This document shows positions 1 through 9,542 of a stretch of 64,000 nucleotides of DNA, piece by piece. Below the pieces are notes generated by a model. The model did not search any database. It had not been told where the DNA came from and saw only the letters and a list, made by a program, of their open reading frames with translations. Position 1 is the stretch's first letter; every line of letters begins with the position of its first letter. Origin of the DNA: Candidatus Zixiibacteriota bacterium (GTDB lineage: Bacteria > Zixibacteria > MSB-5A5 > GN15 > FEB-12); the NCBI GenBank assembly GCA_024280215.1, contig JAJRQO010000012.1, positions 50,553 through 114,552 of the forward strand, in the 5' to 3' direction. The position numbers were made by a program, and so were the translations under genes.

Positions 1-378
1 AAACCCTTCTCGATGGTTGATACTAACTGATACCATCTTATAATCTTTTCCAGGTAACAACTTGACATTTTTAACAGAATTAACAATCCCGTTAAAAACC
101 AAATTACAAAGCATCGGACATTCATAGTAGCCAAGCATCAACAAGACTGGTTGTTCGCCATCAAAATACGTTGCGAGGGTGACTTCTTCTCCTACATCGT
201 TGGTAAAAACCAAATCAAGCGGAATATATTCACCAATATGCTCGACAATGTCAACACCTTCAAGTTCGGAAACTTTATCTTCAATGACTTGAGCCTTTGC
301 AGAAAAAGTAAAAGCCATAACAAGAAAGGTCGTATAGACCCAATTAGGACACATTAAAGATAGACCGGACTTCTTCAT
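1..378 (-). CDS. SCO1/SenC-family thioredoxin-fold copper chaperone (N-terminal 126 codons; 3' end outside the window)
   Basis: Absent from the ORF track because it has no in-window stop. The ATG is the reverse complement of 376-378. The translation is MKKSGLSLMCPNWVYTTFLVMAFTFSAKAQ... then ...PVLLMLGYYECPMLCNLVFNG. That gives a signal/anchor followed by the CxxxC motif typical of SCO1/SenC. It lies directly downstream of the ACIII operon. Confidence 0.65.
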   Translation of the reverse strand, partial: MKKSGLSLMCPNWVYTTFLVMAFTFSAKAQVIEDKVSELEGVDIVEHIGEYIPLDLVFTNDVGEEVTLATYFDGEQPVLLMLGYYECPMLCNLVFNGIVNSVKNVKLLPGKDYKMVSVSINHREGF

Positions 379-418
379 GATTACTTTCACACTTTTATTT
401 ACAAATTATATAAAAAAA

Positions 419-721
419 TTATTTCGTCTTAGAATTTTCGCTTAGATACAACTCGAGTGCATCTTCAATAGGAATTGAATATACTTGTTTTGTCGAGTCG
501 ACCAGTTGGTACGAGGTAAGCACTTTGTTTTCTTTGGCACGTAGTTCTTCAAGCGAGATAGATTTTGGTTTTAGCACTTCTTCATACACGACTGCTTCTT
601 TTTCAATCAAAAAATATTCATTGAGTAACACAAGCGAAACAACCAGAAAGAGAACAATTCCAACACCAACAATGCTCAACTTGGTAACATTAACATCTTT
701 TTTTTCATATCCGTTACTCAT
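419..721 (-). CDS. Small single-TM membrane protein, function unknown, last gene of the ACIII string
   Basis: 100-aa ORF with one hydrophobic helix (LSIVGVGIVLFLVVSLVLL). It starts 12 nt after the actF stop on the same strand. I recognise no family. Confidence 0.55.
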   Translation of the reverse strand: MSNGYEKKDVNVTKLSIVGVGIVLFLVVSLVLLNEYFLIEKEAVVYEEVLKPKSISLEELRAKENKVLTSYQLVDSTKQVYSIPIEDALELYLSENSKTK

Positions 722-732
722 AATATTGTATC

Positions 733-1944
733 CTACGTATTTTGGAACTTCATAGATTCGTTAAGGGAAGGATCTTTCACAGGCACAATCGCATTAGCAG
801 TAAACTGTTTCCAGAAGAACCAGAAGAAAATCCCACCAATTCCAATAATCGGTGCGATATCATACATATTAAAATCAAATGCGACACGACTACCATCTTC
901 GTTCATTCCTGTTGGCATAATAATCCAGTAAAAATCTACAAAACGCATACAGAAAATCCAGACAGACATAAACAAAAGGAGTTTAATATTTCGTTTTGCT
1001 GCTCTTGTAATAAGAGTTAAAAACGGGAAGACAAAATGCCCGAAGATTAAAAGCATCGAAACAGATTCCCAAGTGTTACCCCAACGGTATAAGAACCAAT
1101 AATTTTCCTCAGGAAGGTTAGCATACCAAATCAGGAAGTATTGCGAACCTGCCATATATGACCAAAAGATAATAAAGGCAAACATAAATTTGGCAATATC
1201 CTGATAGTGTTCAATAGTAACAACATTTTGTAATATATTTTGAGACTTCATATAAATTAACAAAATTAGCAAAAATGTAAGCCCTGATAAAAATATTCCA
1301 GAGAAAAAGTAGACACCAAAAATTGTTGAGAACCAATGAGGGTCCAAAGACATCATCCAGTCAAACGATGCAAAAGTTGTCGTCAACGCAAACAAAATCA
1401 TGCCTGGTGCTGATAATTTTTTATAGGTAAGTTTGTAATCTTTTCCTGAACTGTCCTGCTCAACAGAAATTTTGCGAAGCATATAGCCAAAAAATGTCCA
1501 CACAGCAAGATAGAAGAAAGTTCGAATAAAGAAAAACGTTTCATTGAGATAGCCTTTCTTTTCATGTAGCAAGGCATCAAATGAAGGAGAGCTTGGATCC
1601 ATAACTTCAGCATGACTCCAATGGTATAATTCGTGCAGTCCAAAAACTACTGGAATAAACAAAATAACAAAAACAGGCATAGTTGCCGCCATATTTTCTG
1701 TTATACGTCTAATTACTGTCGACCATGTTGCATTAGTAAGATGATGAAGCAGAGTAATAAACATTCCACCAAGAGCTATTGAAATCCAGAAAATATATGC
1801 GGTTAGATAATTCAGGAAAAAATGAGCAGAGTCATTCATATACCCAAGTACAGAAATTCCTAAAAAGACAACTCCCAGCACTAAGGCAATAGTTCCAATT
1901 TTACCACTATCTTTTATCGTATATGTATTAGCATCATAATTCAT
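733..1944 (-). CDS. actF: Alternative complex III subunit ActF (polytopic quinol-site membrane subunit 2)
   Basis: 403-aa polytopic membrane protein in the canonical position after ActE. Gene order is actA-B-C-D-E-F. Confidence 0.8.
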   Translation of the reverse strand: MNYDANTYTIKDSGKIGTIALVLGVVFLGISVLGYMNDSAHFFLNYLTAYIFWISIALGGMFITLLHHLTNATWSTVIRRITENMAATMPVFVILFIPVVFGLHELYHWSHAEVMDPSSPSFDALLHEKKGYLNETFFFIRTFFYLAVWTFFGYMLRKISVEQDSSGKDYKLTYKKLSAPGMILFALTTTFASFDWMMSLDPHWFSTIFGVYFFSGIFLSGLTFLLILLIYMKSQNILQNVVTIEHYQDIAKFMFAFIIFWSYMAGSQYFLIWYANLPEENYWFLYRWGNTWESVSMLLIFGHFVFPFLTLITRAAKRNIKLLLFMSVWIFCMRFVDFYWIIMPTGMNEDGSRVAFDFNMYDIAPIIGIGGIFFWFFWKQFTANAIVPVKDPSLNESMKFQNT

Positions 1945-1953
1945 AATAATCTC

Positions 1954-2574
1954 TTAGAGGCTCCCTCGTTCACTTTGCGGAACATCTTGTAAAGTTGCAT
2001 TTTGACTTCTTTGTAACGCTTTAAAGTAAGCAATAATCGCCCATCTATCATTTTCAGGAATTTGATATTTATATGGTGGCATATTACGGATGCCATTGGT
2101 AATAACATCGAAGACTCGACCAGTAGGATAAACTCGTATAGAGTCACTATGGAATGACGGTGGTGGAACCATACCTTTTTCAACAACAATCCCTCGACCA
2201 TTTCCAATTGCACCATGACACGGTGAACAGTAAATACCGAATCGTTCTTGTCCACGTCTGAGTAGTGCCATATTTAATTCTATTTGTGATGGGAATGTTT
2301 TTATAAAATTCCCTTCAGAATCTTTTCCATAATAATATTGTGTATCATCTTTTAATTGACCACGAGCAACAGTCCCTTCAACAATCGGACGCATAGTGGC
2401 ACCATCTTCAAAATAATTAGACTCTGCTTGTGGACGGTATTTTTCCTGATGATCCATATTCGGATTCAAATGAATCGGCTCTTTGCTTGATGGTCTTCCT
2501 TGGAAACAACCAGTGGTCATCAGAAAAACCATAATCATAATTAGAGATGTAATAAGTGAAGTTAGATTTTTCAT
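1954..2574 (-). CDS. actE: Alternative complex III subunit ActE, monoheme cytochrome c lipoprotein
   Basis: Signal peptide with a lipobox-like MTTGC and a single CSPCH heme-binding motif. It overlaps the actD stop by 4 nt. Confidence 0.85.
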   Translation of the reverse strand: MKNLTSLITSLIMIMVFLMTTGCFQGRPSSKEPIHLNPNMDHQEKYRPQAESNYFEDGATMRPIVEGTVARGQLKDDTQYYYGKDSEGNFIKTFPSQIELNMALLRRGQERFGIYCSPCHGAIGNGRGIVVEKGMVPPPSFHSDSIRVYPTGRVFDVITNGIRNMPPYKYQIPENDRWAIIAYFKALQRSQNATLQDVPQSERGSL

Positions 2575-3116
2575 TCTCCTTTTACAACCTCCACATTTTT
2601 ACCACCGATAGATTCAAGGAAACTTTTCACATTGCCTTCATCATATTTAGGGTCATTTGCTTCAACAGAAACAAAAAAGCCATCGTTGGTAACCTTAGCA
2701 AAATTATCAGAACCAAAAATAGGGTTAAACAATTGTGGCAATTTATTCAAAGCCAGCATTCCAAAAAACGCTCCAAAAGCTGACAATAAAATTGAAATAG
2801 CAAATATCACAGGGATAAATGCCTGCCAACTGAAAGCTGGTTTTCCAGAAATCACCATAGGATATCCGTAGGTGTTTGTCCAATAAGTCAACGCAATCAT
2901 ACCAGTCATACCAATCGTTCCCATCGTACCGATAATATATCCCATCGGCGAACGTTTGAGACGCATCGCTTTATCCATTCCGTGAATCGGAAACGGTGAA
3001 TGGCAGTCATATTTTTCATACCCAGCTTCTGCCATCTTTTCAGCAGCATGCAAAAGAGAACCTGTAGAATCAAATTCAGCAATTGTCAAACCAGGAAGTT
3101 TTTTAAATATTCCCAT
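2571..3116 (-). CDS. actD: Alternative complex III subunit ActD (DUF3341-type membrane subunit)
   Basis: 181 aa with a soluble N-terminal part and two TM helices. It sits between the NrfD-like ActC and the monoheme ActE. Confidence 0.8.
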   Translation of the reverse strand: MGIFKKLPGLTIAEFDSTGSLLHAAEKMAEAGYEKYDCHSPFPIHGMDKAMRLKRSPMGYIIGTMGTIGMTGMIALTYWTNTYGYPMVISGKPAFSWQAFIPVIFAISILLSAFGAFFGMLALNKLPQLFNPIFGSDNFAKVTNDGFFVSVEANDPKYDEGNVKSFLESIGGKNVEVVKGE

Positions 3117-4501
3117 TAGTGGCTACCTCCATGATGAGGATCTGCTTCAGGCAAGACACCCTTGACTTCTGCCATCGCGACCATTGGAAGGAAACGAAGG
3201 AACAACAGAAAGAGGGTGAATAACAGCCCAAACGAACCGATAAATATTCCGATATCATATATTGTCGGACTATAATAATCCCAACTTGATGGGAGGTAAT
3301 CTCGTGAAAGTGTCATCACAATTACAAACCGTTCAAACCACATACCGATATTTACAACAATAGAAATAATAAACAGAATTGGTATCGAAGTTCTGAATTT
3401 CTTAAACCAGAATAACTGTGGCGAGATAACATTGCAGGTAATCATAATCCAATACGCCCAAGCGTACGGACCAAAAGCACGGTTAATAAATGCAAACCGT
3501 TCGTATTCATTACCAGAATACCAAGCGATAAAGAACTCCATTGAGTATGCATACCCGACCATTGAACCAGTCAGAAGCATCACCCAACTCATGCGTTCTA
3601 AAACTTTAGGAGTAAATATATGTTCTAAATTATAAACTTTTCGAGCAATAAGTGCGAGAGTCATAACCATCGCAAATCCAGAGAAAATAGCACCCGCCAC
3701 AAAGTATGGAGGGAAAATTGTAGTATGCCAACCAGGCACCAGTGAAGTCGCGAAATCAGTAGACACAATAGAATGAACCGAAAGCACCAGAGGAGTAGAA
3801 ATGCCAGCAAGCACCAAGTAAGCTAATTCATAATGTTGCCATTGACGGTTCCCGCCTCGCCATCCGAGTGAGAATATGCCATAAAGAAGCTTGCCCCATT
3901 TATCTTTAGCTCTATCTCTAAGAGTAGCTAAATCAGGAATCAATCCGACATACCAAAAGAGAAGCGAACAGGTAAAATACGTACCAACCGCAAAGGTATC
4001 CCATAAAAGTGGAGAGCGGAAGTTCGGCCACATTTCCATTTGATTTGGAAGAGGAAGCACCCAATACAACAACCAAACACGACCAACGTGAATTGTAGGA
4101 AATAGTAACGCACAGATAACAGCAAAAATTGTCATTGCTTCAGCAAATCGGTTAATTGAGGTACGCCAACGTTGGCGGAGTAAAAACAGTACTGCTGAAA
4201 TCAAAGTTCCCGCGTGACCAATACCAACCCAAAACACAAAATTGACAATTGCCCAACCCCATCCAACAGGATTGTTTAATCCCCAGATTCCTGTACCTTC
4301 CCAAAAGAGATAGCCAATCATCGAGAAAAGCATCAAGGTAAGCGATACAGAAATACCAAAAAGAACATACCACAACTGCCCTGGTTTTGTTTCTACGACT
4401 TTACTTACGTCTTCGGTGACTGACCCAAAGGTTGGATTGCCAGCAAAGAGTAGCTCATCTTGAAATTTTAAATCTGTTAAGTCTTTATTGTTTGAACTCA
4501 C
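3116..4501 (-). CDS. actC: Alternative complex III subunit ActC (NrfD/PsrC-family polytopic quinol-interacting subunit)
   Basis: 461-aa polytopic membrane protein immediately after the Mo-less molybdopterin/FeS subunit. Confidence 0.9.
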   Translation of the reverse strand: MSSNNKDLTDLKFQDELLFAGNPTFGSVTEDVSKVVETKPGQLWYVLFGISVSLTLMLFSMIGYLFWEGTGIWGLNNPVGWGWAIVNFVFWVGIGHAGTLISAVLFLLRQRWRTSINRFAEAMTIFAVICALLFPTIHVGRVWLLYWVLPLPNQMEMWPNFRSPLLWDTFAVGTYFTCSLLFWYVGLIPDLATLRDRAKDKWGKLLYGIFSLGWRGGNRQWQHYELAYLVLAGISTPLVLSVHSIVSTDFATSLVPGWHTTIFPPYFVAGAIFSGFAMVMTLALIARKVYNLEHIFTPKVLERMSWVMLLTGSMVGYAYSMEFFIAWYSGNEYERFAFINRAFGPYAWAYWIMITCNVISPQLFWFKKFRTSIPILFIISIVVNIGMWFERFVIVMTLSRDYLPSSWDYYSPTIYDIGIFIGSFGLLFTLFLLFLRFLPMVAMAEVKGVLPEADPHHGGSH

Positions 4502-4531
4502 GTAAACTTATTCCTAAATTCTTCTCTTATT

Positions 4532-7513
4532 TTAACCTTCTACGATTTCGGCAACTTGTACCTTCGGCATATTCGGATTCAAATTTCTAATTTTTGCCAA
4601 GAATGATGTTCTTGGTCTAATATTTAATTCAGCAAGCAAATCATAGGCACGGTTGCGGTCTTTGACTTGTCGTACATTTGACTCGGGGTCATTAATATCA
4701 CCAAAGGCAATTGCGTTTGCAGGACAAGCCTGTTGACATGCGGCGACAACATCACCATCAACTATTGCTCTATCTTCTTTTTTCGCTTCTATTCTTGCTT
4801 TACTAATACGTTGAACACAATATGTACATTTTTCCATTACACCACGAGAACGTACCGTCACATCTGGATTCATTGCCATTTTGACAATCTCAGGAGTTTC
4901 TTTGGTGAAGTTAAAGAAATTAAATCGACGTACTTTATATGGACAGTTGTTGGCACAATATCGAGTACCAATACAACGGTTATAAACCATTGAATTCAAA
5001 CCATCATCGGAGTGAACTGTTGCGGCAACTGGACAAACCTGCTCACAAGGAGCCATTTCACAATGCTGACATGCAACTGGCTGATGAACCATCTCAACAG
5101 AAGCTGAATTATCAACATCACCAGTAAAGTATCTATCGATACGAATCCAGTGCATCTCACGACCATTGCGTACTTCTTGTTTTCCAATGACAGGAATATT
5201 ATTTTCAGACTGACAGGCTATCGTACAGGCAGAACAGCCAGTACAAGTTGTTAAGTCAATAGCCATACCCCATTGGTTGCCTGTGTCATATTTATGTTCA
5301 TTCCACATTGACTCAAGCGGAGGATGATGCACGGCATGCTTGGCAAATTCTGGATGATGTTCGTAATCTTCTTTGGATGCTTCACGTACAATCGGACGGT
5401 CTTCCATCGACCAGTGATCCTGTACATTAGCAATTTCAAATGTTCGACCAGTTGCAGCAATTGTCACACCAGAGACAAACGACATCGCCTCTGAAGTTCT
5501 GGCAGGATAGACATCAAAGCCAGCTTTATCGGCGATACGCCCAATATTTTTTCGACCATACCCTAATTCAAGAATCACAGTATCATCGGCTGTTCCAGGA
5601 ACAACCCATAATGGCATTTGAATTTCAACACCATTTATTGTAATATTTATTAAATCTTCAGATTTTAGACCTAACCCATCAGCAGTCTTTTTGGAGACCT
5701 GAGCGACATTATCCCAAGCAATCCGCGTAACAGCACTTGGCAGTTCCTGCATCCAACCATTGTTAGCAAACCGACCGTCAAATACTGACGCAGACGAAGC
5801 AAAAACAACTTCGATGCCACCCTTAACAGTTTGGTCAAAATACCCTACGACTTCATATATATATTCAGACTTATAATTTGGTGAGATTGTCTTATTTTGA
5901 CTTCCAGCGAGAAGACCATCATGAAGCACTTTTCTCCAAGAGGAATCAAAATCGCCAGTAACTAAATCTTTCCAAGTTTCTTTTACAATAGTATGCCCAT
6001 CGACATATTCACCAGTAGCGACCAACGAAAGAACTTCAACCGCTGACTTTCCATCAAAGAGAGGAGCTATAAGTGGCTGAACCACCGAAGCAGTACCATC
6101 AACCGACCGAGCATCCGACCAGTTTTCCAAGAAATGTGTCGTTGGAATATGCCATGTTGATGCTTTACCAGTTTCATCGTTATAGAGTCCGACATGAATA
6201 CGGTTTTCGACTTTTTTCAATGCCGAAGAAAATTTAAAATCAGAAGGAGCATTATGTACAGGATTTGTATTCAACATAAGTACAGTCGAAAAGACTCCCG
6301 ACCTCATTCTATCCGCTAAAGATTTAAGAGAATCAACAGACGAAACTTCAACATCACGCATTTCAACATACGCAACTGATTTATCAATATTTTTAAGTTC
6401 TTTATTTATAGCATAGACAAGTGCATGAACCTCATACGGCATCCGACGACCAGCAACGACCAAAGACTTTCCTTTAGCAGAAATCAAATCTTCCACAAGA
6501 GGTTTGAGCCATGCTGTACAAGGATCAGTCAAATTGACACCAGGTGTCTCCTCAGAACCTTTCACGCCGAGTTCTTTTGCCAACGCTGTCACAAAGCGAA
6601 CTATTTCATGTTGTTTGATCACTAAACGATGGTCAGCAACACCACCTGTTCCCGAAAACTGTGTTTCGACAACATATAAGCGGTTCATTTTGCTATGCTC
6701 ATCTTCAATAGTGCGACCAGCCGCAAAACCAGCATTAGCAGTGATATCTTCAGATTCAGTAAGAGTAAAGTCAGAATCAAGCGACAAGATTACATCAGCT
6801 TTAGAATAATCATAGACAGGTTGAATATCTTTACCAGTGGCATATTTTAATCCAAGATAAATATTTTCATCAGAGACAGCTTCATAAGTAACCCAAGAAG
6901 CTTTAGGGAATGTTTTTCCAAACTGTTTTTTTAGACGAGCAAGCGTTGGTGAGGCAAATGATTCGGAAAGAACCGCAAGCCCTTCACCTTTGCTCTCTTT
7001 ATATGTAGCAAACTTTTCAACCCAAAATGCGGTGAAATCATCGAATGTCTTTTCTTTGCCATCTTGAAGTAGGTTTTGAGAGCGATCAGGATCATACAAC
7101 CCAAGAGTCATAGCCTGAATCATCGCATTAGACCTACCAAGAGTTGAAGGATGAAGCTTATTCCCCTCTATCTTTGTCGGGCGACCTTCATGACTTTCTA
7201 CTACTATTCCGTACGATGAGGTACCAAAAGGCATTGTAGTAGAATATTGTTGAGCAATTCCTGGAATGAGATCTTCGGGTGGTTGCACATAAGGAATTAT
7301 CTTTTCTTTTGGACGACGACAACCCGCTAAGCCAGCAAGAGCAATTGATGCTCCCATAATACCCATAAAGTTACGGCGAGACCAATCGTTGTTCATCTCA
7401 GATGCACCCTCAGGAAATTCCCTGTGTGCTTTTTCTGTGTATTCTTTTGAACCTTCAAGATGCTCTAAAGAACGGAAATATTTTTTCTGTTGCACTTTGT
7501 TATCTTTTTTCAT
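4532..7513 (-). CDS. actB: Alternative complex III subunit ActB (molybdopterin-oxidoreductase-like domain fused to a 4Fe-4S ferredoxin domain, Tat-exported)
   Basis: Twin-arginine motif SRRNFMGIMGASIALAGLAGC. C-terminal Cys clusters CTGCSACTIAC, CQHCEMAPCEQVCP, CIGTRYCANNCP and CTYC. I chose the ATG at 7513 (MKKDNK...) because it forms an ATGA overlap with the actA stop. The ORF track extends to 7531. Confidence 0.9.
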   Translation of the reverse strand: MKKDNKVQQKKYFRSLEHLEGSKEYTEKAHREFPEGASEMNNDWSRRNFMGIMGASIALAGLAGCRRPKEKIIPYVQPPEDLIPGIAQQYSTTMPFGTSSYGIVVESHEGRPTKIEGNKLHPSTLGRSNAMIQAMTLGLYDPDRSQNLLQDGKEKTFDDFTAFWVEKFATYKESKGEGLAVLSESFASPTLARLKKQFGKTFPKASWVTYEAVSDENIYLGLKYATGKDIQPVYDYSKADVILSLDSDFTLTESEDITANAGFAAGRTIEDEHSKMNRLYVVETQFSGTGGVADHRLVIKQHEIVRFVTALAKELGVKGSEETPGVNLTDPCTAWLKPLVEDLISAKGKSLVVAGRRMPYEVHALVYAINKELKNIDKSVAYVEMRDVEVSSVDSLKSLADRMRSGVFSTVLMLNTNPVHNAPSDFKFSSALKKVENRIHVGLYNDETGKASTWHIPTTHFLENWSDARSVDGTASVVQPLIAPLFDGKSAVEVLSLVATGEYVDGHTIVKETWKDLVTGDFDSSWRKVLHDGLLAGSQNKTISPNYKSEYIYEVVGYFDQTVKGGIEVVFASSASVFDGRFANNGWMQELPSAVTRIAWDNVAQVSKKTADGLGLKSEDLINITINGVEIQMPLWVVPGTADDTVILELGYGRKNIGRIADKAGFDVYPARTSEAMSFVSGVTIAATGRTFEIANVQDHWSMEDRPIVREASKEDYEHHPEFAKHAVHHPPLESMWNEHKYDTGNQWGMAIDLTTCTGCSACTIACQSENNIPVIGKQEVRNGREMHWIRIDRYFTGDVDNSASVEMVHQPVACQHCEMAPCEQVCPVAATVHSDDGLNSMVYNRCIGTRYCANNCPYKVRRFNFFNFTKETPEIVKMAMNPDVTVRSRGVMEKCTYCVQRISKARIEAKKEDRAIVDGDVVAACQQACPANAIAFGDINDPESNVRQVKDRNRAYDLLAELNIRPRTSFLAKIRNLNPNMPKVQVAEIVEG

Positions 7514-8157
7514 CGGTGACATCCTGCACAATTAACTGGAGGAGAGATATTTTTCTCTTTAATAATCTTCGCGGCAAATTCTTCATGATTTTCAGATTTT
7601 TTCCAAAACATATTGGTCACCTCATCAACAGGACGTAAATTCGGGCCCGGATTACGATGACAATCTAAACACCACCCCATCGAGAGTGGTTCAGACTGAG
7701 TAACTTTTTCCATTTCAGCTAAATTACCATGACAGGAAATACAGCTCACACCCCGATTAACATGAATAGAATGATTAAAATATGCATACTCACCAATCTT
7801 GTGAACACGAACCCACTCAATCGGTTTACCAGTCTGCCAACTTTCTCTCACTTTTACAAGCTTATCAGAGTCAGCTTTTACTAATGTGTGGCAATTCATA
7901 CAAGTTCGAGTAGGGGGGATGTTGGAAACAGCCGAAGTCTCAACAGAGACATGGCAATAACGACAATCAATACCCAAGTCACCTGCATGTAATTTATGAC
8001 TATACTCAACAGGCTGCTCAGGGCGATAACCAACATCGGTAAATTTTGGTGAAGCGAAGTAAGAGAAAAATCCTACTTTACTTACGACAATACCACCAAC
8101 GACAATCAATAGTATCAACGGTAGTTTATTAGTCCATGACGGAAATATCTGTGCCAA
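7510..8157 (-). CDS. actA: Alternative complex III subunit ActA, pentaheme cytochrome c
   Basis: N-terminal TM anchor and five CxxCH motifs (CRYCH, CMNCH, CISCH, CLDCH, CAGCH). Confidence 0.9.
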   Translation of the reverse strand: MAQIFPSWTNKLPLILLIVVGGIVVSKVGFFSYFASPKFTDVGYRPEQPVEYSHKLHAGDLGIDCRYCHVSVETSAVSNIPPTRTCMNCHTLVKADSDKLVKVRESWQTGKPIEWVRVHKIGEYAYFNHSIHVNRGVSCISCHGNLAEMEKVTQSEPLSMGWCLDCHRNPGPNLRPVDEVTNMFWKKSENHEEFAAKIIKEKNISPPVNCAGCHR

Positions 8158-8267
8158 ATATCAATCCTAAAATTTTAAATACCCTTAACAACCTATCAGA
8201 ACAAAACTTTATGTAAAACATAAATTTTGACTGCTCAATAAGCGACAAACATAAAGTAAAAACAGAG

Positions 8268-8293
8268 ACTTGTCAATAGTAAAATAGACAAGT
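8268..8293. promoter_or_regulatory. Perfect 7-bp-arm inverted repeat ACTTGTC-N12-GACAAGT in the ACIII upstream region (candidate operator)
   Basis: Read directly from the sequence. TTGTCAA recurs at 8270 and 8379, and its complement TTGACAA at 8426, all within the 319-nt region upstream of actA. Confidence 0.3.
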
Positions 8294-8476
8294 AAGAACC
8301 AATTTGTCCATGAATACTACCTTCAATCCTGTTTATTATAATTTGCCTTTATTTACCATACAATTTATTATGTACACATTGTCAAATAACTAATCAACAA
8401 TAAAATATAGACTTTTTAGGTTTTATTGACAAAAAGGCACAATACACCTCTTATCACTCCAAAAAGTTACATTATT

Positions 8477-9400
8477 TTAAGAGATAAAACCATCAATGAC
8501 AATAGCGGTAAACAAAGCAAACAGATAAATAATAGAATACCCAAATAGTCCTTTTAATATCTTCTCAGAAGTATTCTTTAAAGCATAAAAAGATTTTTTT
8601 ATCAGAATCACGCCCAATAAAACAGCAGTAATCATATAAAACCAGCCCGCCCCAAAAGCTAAGAGCGACAAACTTACACCAAACAGGATAAAACTATATA
8701 CAATAATTTGTTTCAATGTCGATTTATCTCCTCGCACAACAGGCATCATCGGTAGCTGAGCTTTGCGGTAATCATCTTTACAAAAGAGAGCCAACGCCCA
8801 AAAATGCGGAGGTGTCCAGAAAAATATGATCGCAAACATAATCCATGGCACTATATCCATATGCCCCGTCGCAGCAGTCCATGCTCCAACAGGTGCCATC
8901 GCACCCGCAATACCACCAATTACAATATTTTGATCAGTATTTGGCTTGAGATATAATGTATAAAAGAGTGAATAAAATAAAATAGTCGAAAGAGAAAGCA
9001 AGGCAGTTAGCCAGTTAAAAACAAATCCAAAAATCAAAACGCCTATCACACCAATTGAAACTGAAAAAATCAAGGCATGAGTAGAACTGAGCCTACCAGA
9101 CGGAAGTGGCCTTTTGGCGGCAGTACGTTTCATCTTAGCATCAATTTCACGCTCAAGATACTGGTTTAATGCATTGGCACATCCACCAGTTAGATAAAGA
9201 GCAAACAGACAGAGAAAAACCCGAAAGGGATCATCAAGCATACTTCCTTCTAAAATCAGAGCGGCTCCACCAGTAAAAATTACCAAAAACATAATTGTTG
9301 GTTTTGTGAGATCTATATAATCTTTAAGTCGTTTCATTTTTCTTTTCTTTAATTTGTTCTGTACGTTACTCATAGCAAACGATTCATAGAGTTCACGCAT
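8477..9400 (-). CDS. ctaB: Protoheme IX farnesyltransferase (heme O synthase)
   Basis: UbiA-family polytopic protein with NALNQYLEREIDAKMKRTAAKRPLPSG and WTPPHFWALAL motifs. The start is uncertain; internal Met codons lie at 9373 and 9340. Confidence 0.9.
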   Translation of the reverse strand: MRELYESFAMSNVQNKLKKRKMKRLKDYIDLTKPTIMFLVIFTGGAALILEGSMLDDPFRVFLCLFALYLTGGCANALNQYLEREIDAKMKRTAAKRPLPSGRLSSTHALIFSVSIGVIGVLIFGFVFNWLTALLSLSTILFYSLFYTLYLKPNTDQNIVIGGIAGAMAPVGAWTAATGHMDIVPWIMFAIIFFWTPPHFWALALFCKDDYRKAQLPMMPVVRGDKSTLKQIIVYSFILFGVSLSLLAFGAGWFYMITAVLLGVILIKKSFYALKNTSEKILKGLFGYSIIYLFALFTAIVIDGFIS

Positions 9401-9542
9401 CCAAGTTAACCTTTTTAATATACGTCAATAAAATTTATATTCTAATCTTTTTTTCTATTTTTTTATTTGTTTTATGAAACAGTTTAAATTAATTAGAGTA
9501 CAACGACTATAAAGCCAATTATAATTATGACATAGGTTAAAG

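Noticed and set aside
151-357. 68-aa plus-strand ORF at the window start
   Set aside because: It is antisense to the SCO1/SenC-like gene, which has a signal peptide and a CxxxC motif.
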